NCBI GenBank assembly: GCA_946495675.1
Contig: CAMMDQ010000001.1
Coordinates: 146,225-210,224, forward strand
Source of the DNA: an uncultured Bacillota bacterium
GTDB taxonomy: Bacteria > Bacillota > Clostridia > Christensenellales > UBA1242
Direction of reading: 5' to 3'
DNA length: 64,000 nt
In this document: positions 27,801-34,892 of the stretch, piece after piece
How the letters are laid out: every line of letters begins with the position of its first letter
Numbering within the stretch: the stretch's first letter is position 1
The notes under the pieces: generated by a model
What the model saw: the letters and a program-made list of their open reading frames with translations, nothing else
What the model was told of the DNA's origin: nothing
The model's database searches: none
Translations under genes and position numbers: made by a program

Positions 27801-28159
27801 ATGCTGTAAGAACTAAATACAGCCAATACAAATACACCTATAATGGCGAAGACTATTATATGTTTGGTATCTTGCGATTGTATGCATCTGTTTACAACGT
27901 GTTTACCTTCCAAAGCAATGGTGTTATTGACAGAAGTGGGCTCAACACAAGTTTCAATTATACAGATGGGGTGTTGGACGAAACAATACCAATCAGGCTA
28001 CCAGGAACTATAATCGATGTATCCGGACATTTAAAGCTTGATTTATTGACTTTCTACGGAGGCAATCCATTTATTACACCAGCGATGAATTATGAAACCG
28101 ATCAAGTGATTTTGGCTGCAATCAGGCAACCACGCAGAGATAGTAAGCTTGGATTTTAA
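21884..28159 (+). CDS. Giant protein (2091 aa): N-terminal signal-anchor, ~18 Big_2 Ig-like domains and a C-terminal right-handed beta-helix-like region
   Basis: The N-terminal TM segment is MKKLMIFLMVAIPLVIIILV. The Big_2 signature P.nATNk.v.w.Ssn..vA.Vd..G.v recurs (YPRNATNQEVIW, MPSNATNKNVNF, SPIDATNKGVTY, YPSSATNKTLSY and others). The C-terminal region reads NIYGNGYMIDFSN...NLVIDNVVLRGN...NVLIYNTIIENA. Confidence 0.85.
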   Translation: MKKLMIFLMVAIPLVIIILVNFTVEVVVGNVSIAVDRIELDRTEITANIDETISLEATIYPRNATNQEVIWASTNEEVARVDLDGNVSFVGFGNGYITATTADGNKMASCYFYVTDSRVHQVNLSTPKTEVHIGTSVQLNVEILPNEAENKNVTFSSSDDDIARVDQNGLVTGLKVGYVTITVTTEDGQYSDFVNLAITNPVEDIVLNTTYAISGEPTYSIGYQIMPSNATNKNVNFEVDDETIATVNSLGQVSFLKAGEVEVTLTTVDGGFSKTMTIVYTAGYAQSLQLEKYSITAMIGDAAQVIEYTTMPSYLASTQVTFSSSNEDVAFVRGGYLYFVGGGSATITVSVEKAAGEYISEQIVVYVESPATGILIDDVVTAEKTVQLQPRSFPENSTNNKFFYHSSSNEVSVNENGLVTFLTDNPTTATITIFANSDYSDISTTVSVEYTAGKAKAFELNEEKIIMQFGSSAAIDYYIFPSNANASAVQVEVLSQENNSGSGEVVEILPDGTLRGIGGGIAQVQVSLVLLSGEKVSHTLEVEVLREIDDIDIHIDLEQQNGEYVTAVNTVSFKASFSPADASDKTITWSLDDKNMGVILGETFMFNQPGVVTLIATTSSGYQESVQIRYTGSYPISAEVGMVVDGNIETMPQMINVGDEIEVAIKEVFPSDTINKNISLSVSNQQTSSLLGKVLEINGTTIQAVAGGQATLTVRVSTTVILTFEITVYQKVESIEVSPSNIQTTNSSLTLQANVSPIDATNKGVTYQVLTPEIAYIDGDTLYFIQDGVAQILAISQDNQEITYQFTIEKIAKGTGVVDPTEDEIEMFVGDSNKLDFSSQGIVYDHLEIMFGQDADSGVISINGEAITALKSGQTQIICILYDAFGSPLNSYQITVTVKQLVENIIYQGSLEEYNGYLTTAKDSLSLDFAALPQEATDAELNYKITSSYNSNGIAQDIAYIDSGSKTLYWTSSGTLTLEVSSLDGNVNKTFRFRYTGGDALAAEINISREISLNVGESITIEVLKWTPSDTVNKQILIRETNHTTGVNVISIDSQNLTITALSGGFSNIRIELSNGLTQDITINVIKKVTSIVVSEENIVTASNTAVINATAYPSSATNKTLSYQIEKVDFATLDGNTVTFTSAGTVVVTISTMDGSDIYKQVTVTSTMGYLHSIDLNATARTISKGASFSLYVTQTYPLDATNKDVQFKILSQTAADESQNDVISITQNGSTILVHGLYGGSAIIRAYSYNSLGEEVYTDCVVTVSSPVESIEIDFVSEIEFYRNYYVTSQNQIFFNEIVKPFDATNRDFVYTISDPTKATVEDGVITFHQIGTVTITFTSADRTNGEISVSYIFYYAGDTLLEASLNLDPFDNGVLRLNAGEEITLTLNNWVPKDNAHVSIILNNLSETRNDSSKAVLSFENGVLKALNGGEATFELMANNISLGSFTVIVTRQASDIWVENEQVYVSSAGYQINAQVLPTDTSNKELIYQTNNPSIATVDEFGAVSFSGYGIVVITIILEENPSISKQITIEYTREIKDISFSQTRDAMYVKDYVVLTVEPQPIYAEGYSYSFSLSDPSVATIEQIDDLQWRLRGVKAGEVVVTLSVDGTEISYSRTFTFYTQITDIRLELDPVNDAYGFGGYRVFANKFVNSSGRLTDQFVMNFSTSPSDKDYSDLIEWSSSNEDIATVNQYGRVTFKGTGVVTITASQIPPYENANVVWDSYTFYVVDGINVYNFAQYQVAISELEKMNENKTDNFSALVLHGDIIMQQNSLSHALNYNIYGNGYMIDFSNDSTYDKICITRSNLVIDNVVLRGNTFSGDGALSQLDGKGKILRISGHVKNVLIYNTIIENAHILAEVISSQAYFQGCILRNSFSGGLVLTRTANDTVAPDVTVEDCIFASSLLSCILFGPDTSSQLEGYESKLTLKGDVRIYNWLTLDEFEGSSILGFFEEYGLGDVGTDIINKIKDAVRTKYSQYKYTYNGEDYYMFGILRLYASVYNVFTFQSNGVIDRSGLNTSFNYTDGVLDETIPIRLPGTIIDVSGHLKLDLLTFYGGNPFITPAMNYETDQVILAAIRQPRRDSKLGF

Positions 28160-28173
28160 AAAAGGAGAAGAAT

Positions 28174-31100
28174 ATGAAAGTTAAGAGTTTTTCATTAAAG
28201 ATGATTGCTTTGCTAATAACTCTTTTTAGCATATTCTTTTTCGCCGGCCTATATATGACTGGCAATGGGGCTAATGCAGTCATTCAAGCAATTTCTGGCA
28301 ACCAATTTATTTTGACAGCTTCGATTGGCAACACAACAGGGCATTATTTTCGAGATAACGCAAACAATTCAACACTTTCGAATGCAGATTTTTCTGATGA
28401 GGGTGGAGAGTATTATTCAATTGTGCCAACATCAGGTCTTTTGCTTGGCAAAACAAGTTCTGGCTATGGCTCAGTTATCACAACAAGCGATATGAATGCT
28501 TTGATTGAAAAAGGTGTTCTTTATGCAAGAGCAGAGTTTAGTTTTAAAGCAAACAATGACAACGCTCAGTCAAATATTGAAGTGACTTTGTCGCAGGGCG
28601 ATAATTCACAGACTATAACCACTTCATACAACAATGGTCAATCAACAGCTTACAGCACAGAACTTTTAAAACTGTCTGCAGATGAAGGCTCTGAGATTAG
28701 GTTTAGTTTTACCACTTTGTCTTCAACTTCTATAGGAGCTTATTCTAGTTTCATTTTATCAAAACCTACAATAAGGCTTTACACAAAAATCAATAGCCTT
28801 GATTTCTCAAATCAAGATCAGATTGTTTCAGCAGGCGGAATTATTGAGCTTAATGCTACAAATGACATTTTGCAAATCAACAACACAACTGGCAATCTCC
28901 TTAGTTACAGCAAGATCAATCACGCCATTGAATATGAATTTGTTGCGGGCTCAGAATACGCAAAAATAGTTGGAAACTATCTTTACATAGACAGTGATGC
29001 ACCAGAAGGAGCAGAAATTGTCTTACAAGCAAAGTGTCGTGAAAATTCTTATGATAACACTTATATTGCAAGCGAAGAAGCGACTTTTACTGTTTCATAC
29101 TCTCAAGTGGAGGTGAAAGTGAAGACCGATTTTGACAATCCGCCAACAATCACTGGCGAAGGTGTTTATACGCAAGGCAGAAGAATCTTTTTGAGAATTG
29201 ACACAAACAAAAGTTCCAATTCGGGTTTCAATTTCGAAGGATGGTATGTCAATGACATTCTTCAAAGCACTCAAGCAACTTTAAATTATGTTGTTAATGC
29301 TGGAGATGAAATTTATGCCAAACTGACCAAGGATATAACAATCGACTCAATTGAAGTTGCAGACAAGATTTATGATGGAACAACAAATATTGATTCAAAA
29401 AGCATTACTTATCACTTTAATGGTGTTGAAGAAGGGCATGAAGTATCGCTTGGCGGCATTGAAATTGCCTTTGCTAATGCAAGTGCCGGTCAGGATAAAG
29501 CAATTTCTATTACTGGCATGGAAAATATGACATTGACGGGGACAAATGCCTCTTTGTATGTGCTTACAAGTCGAACAGTCCCTTCAGCAACCGGAAATAT
29601 TATAAAACGGGATGTTACTTTGACACCAACAACCCTTTCAAAATATTACGGAGACGAAGATGTCTCTCTTGCATATGATGCAAAAGGTCTTGTTGATGGG
29701 CAAACTCTTTATGGCAGTTTATCGCGAGAGGTCGGCGAAGAAGTTGGAGAATACTTAATTAGCTTGGGCAGCATAGCAACAGACACGAGAAATAGCAACT
29801 ATAACATCTCGATGGCGGAAGGAGAGTTTTATTTTAAGATAGAAAAGAGGCCTTTGACAATTTCCAACCTTTTCGTAGAAGATAAAGTTTATGACAAAAC
29901 AACTAATGCCGTTTTGAGTGATTATTCAGTTTCAAACATTGTGGGAAATGAAGACGTAACAGTTGAAATTGTTGGTCAATATGAAGACTGCAATGCTGGC
30001 TACGGCAAAACAGTCAACATCACTGCTTCAATTCAAGGTCAAGATAACGAAAATTATGTTTTGCCGGAGCTTGAAGCTTTGACTGGAAATATTATTCAAA
30101 AATCCATTACAGTGAAGGCGAATGATGTTACTGTAGTTTTTGGGGACGAGCTTGATTTGACCTATTCGGTTGAAGGTCTTTTAGAAGGCGACTTCTTGCA
30201 AGGCGAATTGCAAATTGAAGATTTCAATGTTGGGCGTCACACCATAACACTTGGTAATCTAAGTAATGAAAATTATTCAATCACTTATCAATCAGCAAAC
30301 TGCCAAATAACACCAAGAGATGTTTATATCACAGCTGAAGCTAAAACAAAACAGTATGGCGATGTTGATCCAGCTTTGACCTTTACCATAGAAAATGCAG
30401 TTGAAGGTCAAGTGTTAAACGGAAATTTGACAAGAGAGGCAGGTGAAGAGCTTGGCACCTACCAAATTGGTCAGGGCACACTTTCAAATTCGAATTATAC
30501 AATTCATTTTACTGGTGCATCGTTTGAAATTTTACAAAGAGATATAACTGTTCAATTTTCATTTTCAGATAAAACCTACGACGGCACCACAAATGTTTCA
30601 TATCAAGCAAATTTCATAAATGCGCTTTCATCTGATGATTTTTCTATTGAAATTGACGCAGCGCTTAAAAGCAAAGACGCTGGGCAGGTTTCTGTTATTA
30701 TAGAAGGCCAGCCAAAAGTGAAACTAAGTGAGCAAAGGGTGAATCTAGGTGACAAGCTTTCAAATTACAACTTTACTTTTGAGCAGCTCAACGATATTGT
30801 TCAGATTGAAAAGAAGCCAGTTAATATTGTGATAGAATCTTTAAGCAAGACTTATGGAGATCAAGATCCGGAAATCAGCTATCAGGCGGAGGGTGTTGTT
30901 GAAGGCGAAACTTTGACCGGCAAACCGAAGCGTAATGCTGGAGAAAGTGTTGGAGAATATTTGATCTATCTTGATGATCTGAACAATCAAAATAACCCAA
31001 ATTACATTATCACATATCTTTCATCAGAAGCTGTTTTGACTGTTTTGCCAAGAGAAATTCAAATCGTTATGGACAACTTATCTAAATTTTATGGCGATGC

Positions 31101-33432
31101 CGACCCAGAATTCTCTTTTACATTACAAGGAACTCTTCAATTTGACGATACCATAGAAGATCTTTTTGATGGTCAAATTGTAAGGCAAAGTGGCGAAATA
31201 GTTGGTATATATCAACTTTCAATCGATGGTGCAACAAATGAAAACTATAACATAGTTTTCCAAAATGCTAATTTTGTCATCAATAAACGCCCTATAACAG
31301 TGATTGCTGATGATGCCACAAAAATTTATGGCGACGAAGATCCCTCGTTTACCTATACTGCAACAAACCTTGTTGATGGCGAAAGCATAACCTTATCAGT
31401 CAAAAGGCAGTATGGTGAGAATGTAGGCGACTACGAAATGGTGCTTGAGTCATCAAATGATGCAAGATATTCAATCACTTTTGTGCCAGGGATTTTAACC
31501 ATTTTGCCAAGCGAAATCATGCTTAGGGCGGAAGATAAGGTTAAAGTTTATGGAGATGAAGATCCTTCATATAGTGTCATTATTGTTGATGGTCTGCTTA
31601 AAAACAATGATGTGCTGGCAAACATTGCAAATGGGCAGATGGAAAGAGCTGCTGGAGAAAATGTTGGGCAATATGTTATCAGTCAAGGGTCTTATAATTT
31701 GGGAGATAACTATAAAATAAAATTTCAGACGGGAAGTCTTGAAATTGTTCAGCAGTCAATCACTGTTTCGGCAAATCAAACAAACAAACAATACGGCGAT
31801 GCCGATCCTGTGATCGGATACACCATAACATCTGGTAGCTTGAAGTTTAGTGACGATTTTGTTGGTGCGCTAACAAGGCAACCAGGCGAAACTCTCGGAT
31901 CTTACACCATAGAGCAAGGAACACTCTCTTTGAGTGAAAATTATATCCTTGAATTTGTTTCAAATGATTTTGTGATTGGAAAAAGGCAAATTACTATCGT
32001 TCCTTCGGTCTCGTCAAAGATTTACGGAGAGGCGGAGCCTGAGTTAACTTATCAAATCGTGGTTGGGTCGCTTGTAAATGGCGAGAAATTGGAAGGAGAA
32101 ATTTATCGTGATAAACCAACAACTGATGCTGATCCATACCTATACGAAAATGTTGGGTCTTACAGAATTTACTCTACTTTAAATCACGAAAATTATGAAA
32201 TAACATTTGGCACCCATTATTTTGAAGTTGAACCAAGAGTGATTGAAATCCGTGCGGAAAACGCAAGCAAAGTTTACGGACAAGAAGACCCAGAACTTGT
32301 TTATACTATTATCAACGAAGAGGACATCTTGTCAGGGGATGTTTTGCAGGGATCTATCAGTCGTGTTGCTGGAGAAAATGCTGGAAATTATGATATAAGG
32401 AGCAGCTTAACTCTTGGTAGAAATTATACAATAAATTTTACGAGAGGAATTTTTACAATTCTTCCGATTGAACTTGTTGTAAGAACAGAAAATTATGTTA
32501 AAACTTATGGTCAGATGGACCCAGTCTTTACCTATCAAATTGTTGAAGGAGAGCTCATCAATTCTGATATTCTTTATGGTTCGATCACTCGTGAGCAAGG
32601 CGAAGATGCTGGTGTTTATAAGATGCTTTCAAGTCTTTCAAACATCAACTACAATATAACTTTGGAAGAAGCTTATCTTGTCATTGAAAAGAAGGATGTT
32701 TATATGCTGGCAAGTGTTTACGACAAAATTTATGACGGAACTGATGTTGCTCAGATAAAAACACCGGTCGTTTCTGGCCTTGTTGATAAAGATGTATCCC
32801 TTTCTTATGACAGAAATAACTGTGCAAGATTTGCAACTTCGCAAGTTGGTGATAACATCCCTGTTTCCTTCCATGATATAGTGCTTGTTGGAGATAAGGC
32901 AGGCAATTACAATTTGATTCTACCGACTGATGTTACTGGTTCAATCACATACAAAGAAGTCATTTCAGAAAATGAAGAAGTGATCATTGAAGCACTTGAT
33001 AGTGCAGTGCTATATCATGGCACAATGCTTGATGTAAACAATTTTGATATTGCCAGAGAGGATATGGGGCTGAATAAATATCAAGTCATCACAGGCTTTG
33101 CAATCAGACTTGAGCGGGATGGGCAAAATGTTGATTTGAATGGCACAATATCATTGACCATAAAACTTGATTCGGCATTTGCTGACAGAAACAATATATA
33201 TGTGTATCATAAAACAGAAAGCGGACAATATGTTTTAGTAAATAGTGAAAATGAAGACGGGGTTATCAAAATCAATATTGATGAGCTTGGCGAGTTTGTT
33301 CTTTTGACGGATAACGACGCCTGGATAGATGTTGTATCTTATGTTTGCATTGGTGTGCTTGGAATGTTTGCTATTTGCTATGTGATTTATCTTGTTCGAA
33401 ATCGACAGAAAAGAAAAAAGTTTGAAGAATAA
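28174..33432 (+). CDS. Giant surface protein (1752 aa) with YDG and MBG (YGX-type) repeat domains and a C-terminal membrane anchor
   Basis: A signal-like N-terminus is present. Four units resemble K[IV]YDGTTN and about 11 resemble K.YG..DP.l[TS]Y...Gl..Gd.l.G.l.R..GE.vG.Y.I. The C-terminus is VVSYVCIGVLGMFAICYVIYLV plus RNRQKRKKFEE. An AAGGAG RBS precedes the start. Confidence 0.85.
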   Translation: MKVKSFSLKMIALLITLFSIFFFAGLYMTGNGANAVIQAISGNQFILTASIGNTTGHYFRDNANNSTLSNADFSDEGGEYYSIVPTSGLLLGKTSSGYGSVITTSDMNALIEKGVLYARAEFSFKANNDNAQSNIEVTLSQGDNSQTITTSYNNGQSTAYSTELLKLSADEGSEIRFSFTTLSSTSIGAYSSFILSKPTIRLYTKINSLDFSNQDQIVSAGGIIELNATNDILQINNTTGNLLSYSKINHAIEYEFVAGSEYAKIVGNYLYIDSDAPEGAEIVLQAKCRENSYDNTYIASEEATFTVSYSQVEVKVKTDFDNPPTITGEGVYTQGRRIFLRIDTNKSSNSGFNFEGWYVNDILQSTQATLNYVVNAGDEIYAKLTKDITIDSIEVADKIYDGTTNIDSKSITYHFNGVEEGHEVSLGGIEIAFANASAGQDKAISITGMENMTLTGTNASLYVLTSRTVPSATGNIIKRDVTLTPTTLSKYYGDEDVSLAYDAKGLVDGQTLYGSLSREVGEEVGEYLISLGSIATDTRNSNYNISMAEGEFYFKIEKRPLTISNLFVEDKVYDKTTNAVLSDYSVSNIVGNEDVTVEIVGQYEDCNAGYGKTVNITASIQGQDNENYVLPELEALTGNIIQKSITVKANDVTVVFGDELDLTYSVEGLLEGDFLQGELQIEDFNVGRHTITLGNLSNENYSITYQSANCQITPRDVYITAEAKTKQYGDVDPALTFTIENAVEGQVLNGNLTREAGEELGTYQIGQGTLSNSNYTIHFTGASFEILQRDITVQFSFSDKTYDGTTNVSYQANFINALSSDDFSIEIDAALKSKDAGQVSVIIEGQPKVKLSEQRVNLGDKLSNYNFTFEQLNDIVQIEKKPVNIVIESLSKTYGDQDPEISYQAEGVVEGETLTGKPKRNAGESVGEYLIYLDDLNNQNNPNYIITYLSSEAVLTVLPREIQIVMDNLSKFYGDADPEFSFTLQGTLQFDDTIEDLFDGQIVRQSGEIVGIYQLSIDGATNENYNIVFQNANFVINKRPITVIADDATKIYGDEDPSFTYTATNLVDGESITLSVKRQYGENVGDYEMVLESSNDARYSITFVPGILTILPSEIMLRAEDKVKVYGDEDPSYSVIIVDGLLKNNDVLANIANGQMERAAGENVGQYVISQGSYNLGDNYKIKFQTGSLEIVQQSITVSANQTNKQYGDADPVIGYTITSGSLKFSDDFVGALTRQPGETLGSYTIEQGTLSLSENYILEFVSNDFVIGKRQITIVPSVSSKIYGEAEPELTYQIVVGSLVNGEKLEGEIYRDKPTTDADPYLYENVGSYRIYSTLNHENYEITFGTHYFEVEPRVIEIRAENASKVYGQEDPELVYTIINEEDILSGDVLQGSISRVAGENAGNYDIRSSLTLGRNYTINFTRGIFTILPIELVVRTENYVKTYGQMDPVFTYQIVEGELINSDILYGSITREQGEDAGVYKMLSSLSNINYNITLEEAYLVIEKKDVYMLASVYDKIYDGTDVAQIKTPVVSGLVDKDVSLSYDRNNCARFATSQVGDNIPVSFHDIVLVGDKAGNYNLILPTDVTGSITYKEVISENEEVIIEALDSAVLYHGTMLDVNNFDIAREDMGLNKYQVITGFAIRLERDGQNVDLNGTISLTIKLDSAFADRNNIYVYHKTESGQYVLVNSENEDGVIKINIDELGEFVLLTDNDAWIDVVSYVCIGVLGMFAICYVIYLVRNRQKRKKFEE

Positions 33433-33467
33433 AAAAAATCTTCTTAAATTAAGAAGATTTTTTTTAT
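33431..33467. terminator. Bidirectional terminator (perfect palindrome)
   Basis: AAATCTTCTTAA a TTAAGAAGATTT is flanked by A8 and T8. Confidence 0.8.
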
Positions 33468-34786
33468 TCTTTGAAAGCCTCGTCATCAATTTCTTCATAG
33501 GCATTGACAGCATTTGCAACAGTTGTCGGCTCATTTCCAACCGCCTGAAAATCGTCTAGGATCTTGTTTATTGTGCTTAACGAATTATTGTTTGCAGAAT
33601 TTTCCTCAGTTCTTGAAAAAAGGTTGTCTGCTTCACCATTTAATTGTGCTATAAATGCTTTTGCTGGTGAAGAGTAGTTTAAATCTATGTCAGTAGTAGA
33701 ACTGATATCGGAAGTCCAAACAGTGATGCTTCCATCGTTATTATAAATTGGAATTTTATATATGATTGACCCATTGCGTGCTGTAGCCCACTGAGTGTCT
33801 CCTACATACAAAACATCATTCCCGCGGTCGTTTAAAATAGCCATAATTTCTTGAGTATCTTCATCCATGGAGGTTATGTTAAAAAGTCCGCACATATCAG
33901 GGTTTTGCAAGAAACTCAAAAGTTCGTTTAACTTGTTGATATCAGACATTTGATCGGTTGAAAGTGCAAAATTTTGGTCGGCATAAAATTGCATATCATA
34001 GGTTGTTCCATTTTCTGTTGCAAATTTAAGGCTTACAAGATAGTTTGTAAATGTGCCATTTTGAATTACATCATCAAGTTGAAAGCTGGAAATCGAAATA
34101 ATTTCTGCCACTTGTTCGGTAATTCCAAAATTTGATGAATCTTGGGCAATATATGCTTTTATTTGATTCAGAGCCTCTTGCTTTTCTTCATCAGTTACTG
34201 GAAAAGGATTTATTTGATTTGAATCGTCGTCAGTTTCAATATCGTTACCATTTGGGTCATCAATAACTCCATCTAATGTAAAGTCATCGCCTGTCGTTCT
34301 GTCTCCATTTGATAAATTCAGATAAATCGCGTTACCATTTTGCCAAAGTCCAATACAAATCATGACTGCTGCAACTTTTTTGATCAGCCCAGAAGCGACG
34401 ATGGCTTTGTTAGATTTTTTTTGTGGAGCTATGTATTTTTCTTCTTTAACATTTTTGTCATTTTCTTTTATTTCTTGGTCTTTTTTTGATTTGTTTTCTT
34501 GTTTTGTTTCCTGATCTTTTTCGGATTTGTTTTCTTGTTTTGTTTCCTGATCTTTTTCTGATTTGTTTTTGTTTTCATACTTTACTGGAGTAAAATCATC
34601 AAGTTTTTTTGAAAGATAAGCGGGATAAAGAGGTGAATTTAAAGTGTAATTGGTTTTTATTTTATTTTCTTTAAGTTTACCTTTATTTTCTTCAGGTTTG
34701 CCAAAAAAATTTGAAGGCATTTGCTCCAAAATATTTCTTTTGCCATTTGCAGAATTTTTGCTTTGCGTTGTTGGTTTTTCACTCAT
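33464..34786 (-). CDS. Hypothetical single-pass membrane protein with an N-terminal tandem-repeat region
   Basis: The 440-aa protein has a charged N-terminal part with 3 copies of NKSEKDQETKQE and a TM segment VAAVMICIGLW. The C-terminal ~280-aa domain matches no motif I recognise. Confidence 0.6.
   Translation of the reverse strand: MSEKPTTQSKNSANGKRNILEQMPSNFFGKPEENKGKLKENKIKTNYTLNSPLYPAYLSKKLDDFTPVKYENKNKSEKDQETKQENKSEKDQETKQENKSKKDQEIKENDKNVKEEKYIAPQKKSNKAIVASGLIKKVAAVMICIGLWQNGNAIYLNLSNGDRTTGDDFTLDGVIDDPNGNDIETDDDSNQINPFPVTDEEKQEALNQIKAYIAQDSSNFGITEQVAEIISISSFQLDDVIQNGTFTNYLVSLKFATENGTTYDMQFYADQNFALSTDQMSDINKLNELLSFLQNPDMCGLFNITSMDEDTQEIMAILNDRGNDVLYVGDTQWATARNGSIIYKIPIYNNDGSITVWTSDISSTTDIDLNYSSPAKAFIAQLNGEADNLFSRTEENSANNNSLSTINKILDDFQAVGNEPTTVANAVNAYEEIDDEAFKE
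34471..34576 (-). repeat. 36-bp tandem repeat (about 3 copies) inside the CDS
   Basis: The units at 34488-34523 and 34524-34559 differ at one base. Partial, diverged copies flank them. Confidence 0.85.
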
Positions 34787-34833
34787 GCCTTGATTTTAGC
34801 ATATTTTGTCAAATAAATCAAGACGCATTTATC

Positions 34834-34877
34834 AAAAAAATAAACAAACCAAAAGAAAACTAAAGGTTTGTTTATTT
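34834..34877 (-). terminator. Rho-independent terminator of the flavoenzyme gene
   Basis: AAATAAACAAACC/GGTTTGTTTATTT form the stem. A T-run follows on the minus strand. Confidence 0.7.
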
Positions 34878-34892
34878 GAAATGTTAAATTTT

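Noticed and set aside
19117-33432. The giant Big_2/MBG genes were considered as prophage tail-fibre or other mobile-element cargo.
   Set aside because: No integrase, terminase, capsid or conjugation genes lie in or next to the operon. The membrane anchors and signal sequences point to cellular surface proteins.
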